64,000 nt of DNA from Podarcis liolepis (taxonomy: Eukaryota), in assembly GCA_965112155.1 (NCBI GenBank), contig OZ218104.1; one strand, given 5' to 3'. This document shows, piece after piece, positions 50,901 through 62,900 of this stretch. The stretch's first letter is position 1. Each line of letters opens with the position of its first letter. The position numbers were made by a program, and so were the translations under genes. Under the pieces are notes generated by a model. The model had not been told where the DNA came from. It was given only the letters and a program-made list of their open reading frames with translations, and searched no databases.

Positions 50901-53900
50901 CACTGCTTCTGTCAGTGATATCCACAAGGGTGTTTTTCTTTCCAGAATATCTCTGTATTTCCTCCATACATTGTACAGGCTTCTTCTTATTACATGATTG
51001 AAGAAGGCCTTATGTGTTTTTGCTTTGCCATGGGGGAGAAATTTGATTCAGCTCACATTTAAAAGCGGGTCTATCAAATTTGCACTTTCCAAAACAATAT
51101 GAGAACCAAAACAGCATGCAAAAGTGTGTTTATTAGGAGAAATTTGAAATGAAATGCTAAAAAAAATTCATTAGCATTTTTCAAAGGAAATTGCTACAGA
51201 AATGTGAAGAACTGGATTTAAAGGCTCATCCAGACTTCTGCTTGTTCCACTGTTCCCCGCCCCCCAGGAAAGTCTACTCTCTAGCACTGAATCAGAGCAA
51301 ACATCATTTTTTTTAAAAAAAATATATTTATTAAGTTTTAAAAGAAAACACACATAACTACCACAAAAGTAAAAAGAAACAAAACATAATCAAAGATACA
51401 TATAAGACAAATCAGAACAATAAAATACAAAAAAAATAAGATTCCACCCAACAAAATACAAAACATAAAAACTCCAACTTTTAAAACCATATTTAATTAG
51501 CTTCCTTTCTTGACTTCCTCACACCTCCCTTTTTTGTGTTCCTCTTTACCCAATCAGGTACAGCAAATCCTTGCCCTCTTGAATCAGAGCAAACATCAAT
51601 CGGGTTTTTCATGAATTGACATTTGCTCTGAATGAGTGCCAAAGAGCAGGTTTTCCCTGGGAAAGGAGTGGAAGAAGTGGAAAACTGCTCACACCCATGC
51701 TTTCTAGGTATGGGATTGTGGAAGTGGGGATGAGCCCTAAGACTGGAAAAGCCAGGAACTAAGAGAACTGAAATTGACAGATTTTTCCATCCCTAGTGTG
51801 GATGAAGAGCCATGCTGGGGACTTAGGGGAGCTCAAAGGGAAGAAACAGGGTTCATCACATCACTAGATCTCTCAGGTCAGAGAGAGGAATAGGGAAGTC
51901 CTGACTTGGTGGTGACAGTCACCAGCAGACTGTCAATGATTGGTTGTTACCCTGATGAAGAAGGTGCATAGGAGGCTGCCAACCAATGGAGAGGCCAGTC
52001 TAGGAGCCAGTCAGGGCTTGAGGAATAGGTAAAGGAGTTGGAAAGACACAGTGAGGGGTGTTCTGGCATGGAAGGCAAGTATCGTAGGTCCCAAGTTCTG
52101 GTGCTTTTGAGGTGCCAACATCTTGCAGCAGAAGCCCTTTGAGATAGCAAAGATCACTTCAGGAGGCAACAGCTGGGAAGCACTCAAAATATTCAAAGTT
52201 TCTCCTTGCCTTTAGGGCATCCCAGGACACAATGGCTTGCCGGGACTGCCTGGGCCGGTGGGAGACTTGGTAGGTACAGGACTGCAGTGTCCGCCTTTTC
52301 CTGCCCTCGCTCAGGCCTGTGCTTAGTGCTGCCCCCTTTTGCTCAGCTCTTCCCCAAGCCTCCTCCATCACCCCACCAAGGAGAAGTGCAGAAGAGGTGC
52401 AAACTAGAAGCTATGTTTTTATCAAAAGCAGGGCCAGGAGGCTGCTGGAGGGAATCTGTTAGGTGTTTATGCTGCTTTTGGCACAATTCCCTAGAAGCTC
52501 ATGGCTCCGATAAAAAAGAAAAGGAAGATGGCTCTGTTTTATCTATGCATTTTTTCTCTCTCTTTCCTCCTTTCCATCTCCCCATTGCAGGGACCACTGG
52601 CTGCTGAGAGCATGGCTGTCCTCAAGGTAAGGCAAAAAGGACCTCTGGCTGGCTTTTGCTCCGGTGTGAGCGACAGAATGTGAGATGGCAGCAAAAGCTG
52701 TCCTCTCAAGAAATGGTTAGAAAGTCACCTGCCCAAGGTGTTTCTGTGTTTGGATGGAGGGCTGGACTGCAGCAGTGATTCAGTAAGCCATAGTCTGTGG
52801 GGCATTCTTCAGGTGATCCTAGAGACTGTGATAAAATAATTTTTGAGATTTTAATTATTTATTGTATTTGTTTATGTTTTTTATTTTATGTCTTTATTTT
52901 ATTTTATTTTATTTTGAGTGCCACCCTGGGCAACTTTCCAAGGAAGGGTGGCATAATAACAATAACAACAGCAGTGGCAACGGCAACAACAATAATAATG
53001 GAAAATACCAGAATCACTTGCCACAGCCATTGGTGACAAACTCCAGCAGAATTGTGCTGAGCGCACAGAGCAACAGGGAAAACGAGGCAATTATTAGGAA
53101 GGCGTTGCCACATTTGCAGATGCTTCATCTTACTGAGATGCTAGTCAGTGAAAGTGCTTCTGTAACAAACCCCAGTGCAGAAATGACACAGACTGTCCTG
53201 CCAGTATCCTTCTCACCAGAGCTGGCAGGATTCCTCCACTCCTCGTTACTTGTGCATCATTCACAATACAAATAGTACATCATTTAATACAAATGTTGAC
53301 AATTAATGTTGGAAAGGCAGCAGGCAGTGCTGGAATATTCTGCTTCTCAGCCTCTTTTTCTTCTTCCCTTGCCAGAACATTTGTGGAGACTGTGCTAACA
53401 TACAAGCTTCCCAAGTCCCCGGCGCAACCAAAGGCGAAAAGGGTGACCAAGGCATGCCGGGAGCCCCTGGCATAGATAATTGTGCACGGGTGAGTAGCCA
53501 GTCAGGCTTTGGTCACATCCAGATTCCTGTAGCTAGGCTTGAAGAGCACTGTAAATCAGACTGTGAAATCAGTGACCTTGCAATAGCATGAGTCTATAAC
53601 AGCCCATTCTGCCAAGATGATGTGACACATTTGTGCATCTTAGTAAGTGATGGGAAATGCTAAAAACTCAGGACACATGAACATTTGAGAGCCAGATTTT
53701 AAAAAAAATCATAATGTTTATTGATTATAAAACAATTCTGAATGCATGAAACACACATATATCCAATACAAACATTTCATCTCAGAATGTAATATACAAA
53801 TGTGTAATATGGTTCACCGTCAAAATAATTTTCACAACAAATCATTACAAGATCTGTCCAGCCAGAGTTTCCACTTCTGTTATCCCCCCCCCCCAATAAT

Positions 53901-56900
53901 TATATTGATCACTGCCCAGACTTTATTTTTCCATTATCTAACCACTAGAGTTTCTTCTTTTTTTCTGTCTACTGGCAATTCTTAACATTTTGGGAGGTGA
54001 TATATGTTAAATGTGATAAATTCAGGGTGGGGTTTTTTGTTTGTTTGTTTTTTACTGTCAGAGAGCTCAAATATCAGCAAGTGACTTTTTTCTCAATGTA
54101 ATGAAATCCTGCCCTCATTCCCATAATAAACCAGTAAATGTTGGCAAAGAGTGCAGGAGAGCCCCAAAATATGCTTGCAGAGGGAAATGCTTTCTGGTGC
54201 TATCTTGCTCAATCTCAACAAATCACAGAAATGCCTTTGGTCAACGTGCCAACATATAGTCCTATGTAGAGTCCCATTTTTATATACAGAAGGGGGTTGT
54301 GACTGTGTGGTCAAGTGGCCCCCTTACCCCCCCCCTATGCTTTGGACTTCCTGTTTGCATGAGAGCTACACAGATAGAGCTCACTGCATCAGTCATGGGA
54401 TTCAGGTTGACACATGTTGGGCTCCACCTGTAGGGGTCCCTATGGAAGTGATAGGCCCAACACAAGGACATTGGGCATGACCAGGAGTAGGGCAATCATA
54501 CATATTTTGCCTTACTTGCCAGCCCCTTTCCAGGCATGACCCAGAACTGACATAAGCAGCTCCAACAGCTGGGTTTTCTTAGATTATACCTATCAAATGC
54601 CACTCATGGTCCAAGACTGATGCCTTAGCATCCACTGAAATATTGCAAGGGATTCTGCGGTGCACTAATCAGGTCACCCACTGCTTCATTGGCATCCCTT
54701 GAAAATATGGCTGCTCACGTGTTTCTGGCAAGTGCTGAGCTGTAATGCTAAGTCGTACTACAAACTCTGGCTAAGAAATTAAATTTCTGCATCTCTTCTG
54801 CTTTCAGTGCTTTGCTCTTTACCCCAGAGCAGAAGAGGCTCGGGTGAGTAAAACTCTTGGCTGAGTATCTATGGAGACGGAATAATGGAAAAGATAAAAG
54901 CCTAAAATATGCTATGAGTTAATTAATCAATAGTACCTTTCTTCCACCCAGTGGTATGCAAAAAGTATCCTCATCAGTACATGCTATTTGCACTAAGGGT
55001 TCATCATCAGCCAAGTGAGGGAGACCTAGTTCTGTGTCCTCTTGATCATCATGTTCTCACTAGCAGTGCTGTACAGGTATATATATGCCTGCAGCAAAAT
55101 GCCAGTCTATACTGATACAGTTTGAGACCCTTTTGCTCTATACTATCCTTGATCCAAGACACTTCACTCTTCAGCTCAAGTTGCTGAGACTTCAGGTTCA
55201 GCAAAGCTTAGGGGAAGCTTAGGGGATTCTGAAGATATGTGTATTTCACATCATTCCTTGATCTCCAAAGGTACCTTGAGTAGATTATTATGGTGAGCTA
55301 AAATCCGACGATAATTCCAGAAAGTCAGTTGTTGTACCTTCCACGGGTGAAATACCATGGCAGAACCATGGCTTGGCATAAATGTGCAAGGATGCAGGTT
55401 CCTCTGAGGAGGAGATTGCAGCTACCCTTGCCCTCCATGGTTGTTTTACTGCTAAGCCATAGCCTGGATAGACCATGAGCTGTAGCTAAGAATAAACCTA
55501 TGAAGAGAGCTTAACCACAAGCCCAGGTTTGGGTAGTTCACTGTGGTGCAGTAGCAAAAATAATTGCATAGCAAGGTCCCAGACCCTCCCGGGATGTTGG
55601 AATAAAGACACATGAAACAGTATTTTGGGTTAATGGGTGAAAAAGGCCACAACTTTATTGGTTACAGAATGTGAGTGCTATTGCCTTAGGCATTGGAAAC
55701 CACACGACTATATCTGACTCCTGCCCATCCTCAGGAAGTCTTGGAAGGGTTAACCACCAGTAGGGGGAGGCCTGTTGATGCACATCAACTAGAAACTCCC
55801 CCAGGGTCACTGCTAGGGGTCATGCCATGGCCCTAGCCCCCCGTCTGGGGTTTCGGTAAGAGACCACGCCCCTCCTTTAATGGAATACCCTTGAAAAGGG
55901 GGTGAGTCCTTGGCCGCGGGCAGTTTAAATAGCCCACGCCACGCCCCCAGACCGTCCAGATTGGTCAGCCAGGGATGATACAGCCAAGGACCCCCCAATG
56001 GTGCAGGGGCTATCCTGCTCCATGCGCATGGTTAGGTCTTGCTCCCAGCCCGCAACGTCATTTCCCTGGGAACCGGAAATGGCTCTGTGGAGGAGAAAAC
56101 CAGGCCAGTGAAGGAAATTCATCCAGTTAACAAGCAGAATCGAAGGCAGTATTATTGTATCTGAATAGTATACAGCACAAATAATTACGGGATGGGTGGA
56201 ATCAATAAAAAGTATCTAACCACAAAAATATCTAAGCAAGCACACCAAACCAGATGGATTGTCTCTCCTCTGGGCGCCAAGGGGAGGGGCTGTCAAATAG
56301 CAAATGCAGCTTGGAACAGTGCGGTTGGGCAGTTTTAACTGGGTATTGGGCAGTTTTAACTGGGTATTGGGGAAAATAAGAGATCACCATAGCCCTGTTC
56401 TGTGATCCTGTTCAGAATCAAGGACCTTTGCAACTTTATTTGTCATTTTTAAAAAATGGTGGAGATGCAATGATATATTACCCACTTTAGAATGAGTCTA
56501 AATATAGAAGTATTTTGTCTGTAGTCAACAGTGCATGCAAATAGGCAGCCCGAAACAGCTGCTACACTGATTTAATCTTCTATGGGACTGTGGGTTCTGG
56601 AAAATGTAAGTTCCCTAGCCCAGTGCCAGTTCACTGATCTGTTCTGATGTGAATTCTGGCATTCAAGTTGGGTCTTGTTCCAAAGGGAAATGGATCTGAA
56701 AGTCTGAGTTGGCTCCTCCTTAAGGCTGCAACCCTATATGCACTTAGCCTGGAAGAAGTCCCATTGAACTCAGTGGAACTTGCTTCTGGGTGAACATGCC
56801 TAGGATTGAACTGTAAATTATGCAATCTTAGGTCTGGCAATGACCAAATTTACTGCATGGTCATCATTGCTCAGTTTACTGAGATTTCTCTCTAGAAGCT

Positions 56901-59900
56901 GTTTTCTTGAAAGAAGTCCAAATAGATGTTCATTGGTGGTGGGGTTGTGTGAAAATCCAGGACCATTGGACTAAAGCAACTAGCATAAACAGAGAGCTCA
57001 TTCTCATGACCTATGTCTTAAATATATATTTTTTTCTGTTTGTCTATTTAAAAAAATCTGGAAGAGGACAAAGAGCACATCAGGAAATTTTTACCAGTTG
57101 AATCACAACTACCAGAACTGCAAACAGCAAAAGGTCTTGTGGCACCTTAAAGAATATGAAATTTAATTATGGCACAAGGTTTCATAGACCATGGGATTGA
57201 GCCACAATCCTGAACTGGTAAACATATGTATCACATGACAGGGGAAGGAATGAGTAGGAGCGAATTCAGAGGGAAATGAAATGCAAGAACAACAAAGAAC
57301 GACAATGATCTGAAAGCAAAATAGTTACAGTGACTGATTAACAAGGTGGGACCACTGCCTTCTTAACTGGACAATGTAACTATTTTGTTTTCAGATAATT
57401 ACATCCTTTGTTGCTCCCACTTTATTTCCCTCTGAACTCATTCCTGTGCTTTTTCACTCACTCATATTTGCATGAATAGATGATTGCCAATTCAGGCTTA
57501 CACTTAGTGCAATGGATGGAATGTGGTCCTCAAAAGCTATTTATTCATAATAAATATGTTAGCTCTTAAAGTGCCACGTAACACTTTGTTGTTCTTCCTT
57601 CAACAGACCAGCATGGCTATCCTTCTGGCAATTGCCAGGATCACGTTAGCTTGTAAATTGAAAGCTGATGGAAGTCCTACTCCAGTAGATGCCGTTCTTT
57701 GTTTGTAAACTGCTGGCATCCTTTAACTGTGTAGAAAAGTTGGGATTGACTCAATGCATCTTGTCTTTCCTTCCAGGGCGATAGTAGCAATGACCAAGAT
57801 TGTGCTGGAGGTCCTGGCCATCCTGGAATCCCTGGATTACCTGGAGAGAGGGGGGAACAGGTAATGTCACCCGATGCTTGATGTTTTAATTATTTAATTT
57901 TTAGATATACTGTAAGTCACCCAGAGTGTCTGGGGAAACCCAGCCAGATGGGTGGAGTATAAATAAATTATTATTATTAAGACACCAAGGAGCCACAATG
58001 CTGCCACAGTATCTTGAGTTTAGGAATTATAATTTTCTCTTTGCTTCTCCTTCTGTGCAGGGCCTACCAGGCCCAAGAGGACCTCCTGGACCAATTGTGA
58101 GTACATTAGCTTCTGCTTTTTTGTTTCCCTTTTCAGTAAAGATTTTTAGCCTGCCTGTGCACCATTCACAATTTGCAACAATTTAAAATCACAATGCAAA
58201 TGCTTTTGTTTCCTTCCTCAAGCCTTTGACCCTTGCAGCATCCTTTTCACCACAAGCTGAAATCTGTCCAAAGAGCCAGGGAGAGAAAATGCATTTAAAT
58301 ATAACCTTCCTATTTTGTGCCTGGTCCATATTTGGCCTTTTACATCCAGGCTGTGAGCAGCTGCTCATTGCGTTTAATGCAAGTTCCAACCAAAAGGGTT
58401 CGAATTGCATTGGGGAGAAGGAAGGGATAGGCAGGTCTCTGTACTCTAAGGTAGCCTTGCTTTGGGGGAATACAGCGATGGATTCATTTGGAAAGGTGAG
58501 TCCATCACACTGGTGCTGCAATGGGAGAAATTAAGTCCTGCTTGTATCAGGAAAGCCCTGTCCATTCAAGCCAAATCTCTGCTTTCAGTTTCCTCCGTCT
58601 TCACCCACCTTCCCTAGCCTAGCCAATGTGATTGCCAAGGTATGATTTCACTGTTTCTTCCCATAGGGCCCCCCAGGTTTTCCTGGAACGCCTGGCGCAC
58701 CTGGATTACCTGTAAGAACCCAGTATAGCACGTGCTGTGTGCAGTCCTTTGTCGCCGCCGCTTGTTTGGCTTCTCACCCCTCCTCCTCCTCCCTCCTACT
58801 CCAGGCTCTGTATCTAATAGCACAGCCAACCTCCCATGCACACTTGGTCACATGATCTAACCCCCACCCCCATACAGTCAAGTTGCCTGATAAAGGCCCA
58901 TCTTCTGTAGATGTGGATCAGCAGGACTGGAAGGCTCTCCAACCTTTTGGCAACATGGGAATCATCTAATCTGGGATTCATCCTAGCCCCCAAACTGGTT
59001 AATCAGGGTCATTCTGTGGTCTTCCCTCAGCCCCATACAAGCATATTCTAAAACCTTCCAGAGTCCTGGCTATGAAGGAACATCTTCACCTCTGCCAAAT
59101 GCTGGGAAACCTTGACAGATCTAGTCACATTTCTGCCCACAAAGATTACGCATAGAATGGATTCCCACAGTTAACTTTTCTCTAAGTGCATAGCTTGTCC
59201 AACAATTGTTGGCTGTGGAGTTCATTGTGAGTTGAATCCCTTCAGATGAAGTGGTTCCACTTGACTGTGAACCCATGGTGGATAAACGCTGGAAAAATGT
59301 CAAGGTACAAGAAAGGAGATTCCAACTGAACATACGCTGACAGTAAGAGCTGTTCAACAGTGGAATGGTCTCCCTCAGGAGGTTGTGGACTCTCCTTCCT
59401 TGGAGGTTTTTAAGCAGAGGTTGGATGGCCATCTGCCATGGATGCTTTTGCTGAGATTTCTGCATCGCAGGTGGTTGGGCTAGATGATTCTTGGGTCCCT
59501 TCCAACTCTAAGATTCTATGATTCCACTCCAAAATGAAACCGCCTTCCTTCTGTGTCGTGTATGCAAATTGTGTTTCTGGTTCTTGAAATCCTCATTCCA
59601 CCCTCACCTGACCACCACCATCACCATTGTTAATTCCTTAATCTCATCCCTCAGCACCTCATCCCACTAATGGCACTGTAACTCCCACAGTCTGTGTGAT
59701 TAATTGCTATGCGGTGTGGCCCTGTGGTGTCAACAGTGTGTCCAGTGAAAACCATCACTGCCCAGCACCGCCATGTAACCCAAACTAACCCCACATTGTT
59801 AGCAGCACCAGGGGAGCCTCCTCACTCTTGTGGGTCACATGACAATGAATAGAGAAGTCATTCTCATATTCCATGTTGTGTAGCTCTGTCAGTTAGATAC

Positions 59901-62900
59901 AACACCCAGTTAAGGGCTGCTTGTGACACAGTGCCTTCTGAATAAAAGGTAACTGCTGGAGTGACTCCCATTGACCAGATAAATGAGCTGATGAGTTGTA
60001 TGTACAGCCAGCTGCTGCTCCTGACAATCCTGTAAACTGAAAATGATACTCCATTTGCTAAATATTCCACTGAAAGTTGCTAGCAAGGATGGATGAATGA
60101 GTTGTAATCTCTGGAGAATTCTGCCTGCGTCTTGGGATTTCTATTCAGAAGTGAAGCCCAGGTTTACTCCATTCACCTTCAGTCTCTCCAGATCTTAAAT
60201 GGAATAGGATGGACTCTGGCTGAAACCCTTCTCTCCCCAGTGGCTTATAAGGGAAATAGTAACCCCTCCATCCCACAGTCGTAGTCAGGAGGTGCCCATG
60301 TTTCTCATGCATTTTCCCATCACTTTCCTTATTGCAAAAAGTCTGGCCTTTGAGGGAAGCAGGTTTGTTGCACAAGAGCTCCAAATTAACTTAGATTGCA
60401 CAACCTGAATTTGCTAGTGTGTGGTGGAATCCCTCCTCAAAGCAGAAACAGTCTAGAAGTTCCCTAGAACACATCCACTGACTAGAGTTATTTCCATAGG
60501 CTCAAAATGAATTTCCTAATAAATGATCTCCTGTGCCATTTGGGGTTTTCCTCTTTTTTGTGCTCAGGCTTTCTGTGTCGGGCTACTTCTTATGCTGGGG
60601 CTTGAAAAACGGGCCCACCTTTCAGCCTGTCTTACACTTCACGTCCTTGGTTGCTTTGAGAGACTGCTTCTTCCTGTGTCTTGAGCATCTTGTGTGGTGA
60701 TGGTTGCCCACTGCTAGTGGTGGAGGGAACACAGCAGCTGAAAGCAGGAGAAGGAAGAGTTATACAGTTACCATACATAGCGGAGGGACAAGGTGGGGGC
60801 CTGGTTTTTCCCACCCACTTTTTCTTCTTTCGGGGTGCAGCTGTTAAAGATTATCTGAATGACTTTAGATATCCAAAATATTTAGAATGAAAGCACCACA
60901 AAAAATAGAAGGCAAATTTCCTGCAAGCAACTATTTGTAAGAATTCTGGCAAGACTCTCATAAGGAATGGGGGAACAATCCTCTCCCCACACACTGCTCA
61001 ATCCTGGGGCACAATTCAACAAAAGTTAATCAGTATCCATGGGGATTTAATGCATCACACAAATAGCAACCTGATCCCATGCTTGCTTACACAAAAGTAA
61101 CCCTCACTGAGTTCATTGAGATTCAAGACTAAAGCATAGGGTTGCAAACTAAGCTTGATTTTGATTTTACCCCAATGGAATTTAGTCAAAACAACTTGGG
61201 CTGGATTGTGTCCTCCTCCTAAACCTATTGGATGATACCATGGTTGGAGACTGGGATTGGATTTAAGCAGATTTTTGTAGCTCTTGCAGAGGTAGTTTTA
61301 AAAAGCACAAAAAAACAACGGGATACTGATTTCTCTAGAATCCTCAAAATGGCAATGCTGGAAATGTGACAGGTCAACCAAACTGTTGCTGGGAATCGCA
61401 GGTGGGGAGGATGCTATTTAGCTTGCCGGTTTTCACAGGCATCTGGTTGGCTACTGTGCAAACAGGATGCTGGACCTGATGGGCCATTAGCCTGTTCCAG
61501 CAGGCTCTTTTTGCATGTTTATGTTATTAAAGCTTCTCCAGCTGTTTTACTGTGCAACACACGCTACTGTGCACATTCACCAAATTGTCCAAGATGCCTT
61601 TTGCAGAGCACAAAGAAATCCAATCAATTGACTCTTTTGTCATGATATCATTTCTGGAATAATTTTTTGTGGGAAGGGTTGGGGATGTACATAGTACTTT
61701 CCCTTTGAAAGAGTATCAAGGTAAGATACTTGGACTTGAAGGTATGTGTATGTGTTCATGTGTGTGTATGAAAATTCTGTCATACAGATAACACAGGTTA
61801 TCTGCTGCAAGGTTCTCCTTGACTGGCCCTTTTCTAGATGTGGGAAGAAATACTGTTATAAGCACTGCTGTTCCAAAACTTTGTTCAATGCATTATCAAT
61901 AATATCTTATTGGTCCAGTTTCTTAAAAGAAGAGCCAACTGTGGAGAACTGAATGCCAAACAATCTTAACAAGAGGTAAAGCTTTCCAAGCAACAGTAGC
62001 CAGATGAAGGTGGTATTTGATTGCCTCGAGGCCACTCAATACTTGTGTCTCCGGGCTCTCATTTCTGCAATCCATTCTCCATTCATCCCCACCCTGCTAT
62101 ATGGCTTAGAGCACCCTCCCATCCACCCACACCAAATGCAATTAAATGAAAATGGGACAAACAATGTGAAACACCCCTTTTTTGCATTTCTTCCCAAAGG
62201 GTCTCCAAGGTGAACGTGGATCACCTGGGCCCCCTGGATCCAAGGGAGAATCGGTGAGTATGGATCCTGCTTCTAAACTCCAGAAGAGCTATAAAACATG
62301 CAAGGGGCTTGTCGATCTAGACTAGTCCTCCCTCCCCAACCTGGTGCCCTTCACATTTTTTTGACTACAAGTCCCATCAGCCCCAGCCAGCATGGCCGTA
62401 GTAGTCCAAAATATCTGGTGAAGGTCTAGAGCACCTTTCAACTAGATGTCTTAGATGGATTGTTGTTGTTGTTTAGTCACTTAGTTGTGTCCGACTCTTC
62501 GTGACCCCATGCACCAGAGCACGCCAAGCACTCCTGTCTTCCACTCTTAGATGGATAGGTGCTATTAACCCTAGTTGAGATCCTCTTTGTGTGTTCATGA
62601 GTCTGAGTGGCTGAAGCAAATAGTAGCAGGTGGTTTTAGCAGGAAACTGAGTTACTAAGACAACCAGAGACATTTTTAGTGCATATGATGGACAATCCAA
62701 TATTTTGATGACTATTTTCTCTCAATGAATGGAACCAAAAATCTGCTATCAAAGGTGATGCCCTCTATATAGATTGTCTAGATCAGGAGAGATTTTCTTG
62801 ACACTTACCCAAGACCAGCATCTTACCTTCTTCAGTAATAATTTGTAACAACAACTGTCTTTTGGGTAACTTACAATTATTAATGAGGATTAGAGGACAC

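Noticed and set aside
52862-53275. 137-aa ORF with poly-Asn
   Set aside because: Arises from a degenerate (AAT/AAC) microsatellite after a repeat tail, with no splice or homology support
54811-54835. Alternative acceptors inside exon 54808-54843
   Set aside because: The AGs at 54827, 54832 and 54835 all shift frame, while the upstream AG gives the conserved CF..PRAEEAR peptide
55271-55298. Possible microexon ending ATG/GTGAGC in the RGD intron
   Set aside because: The 22-nt version has a stop and shifts frame, and the 9-nt version lacks a polypyrimidine tract; no further support
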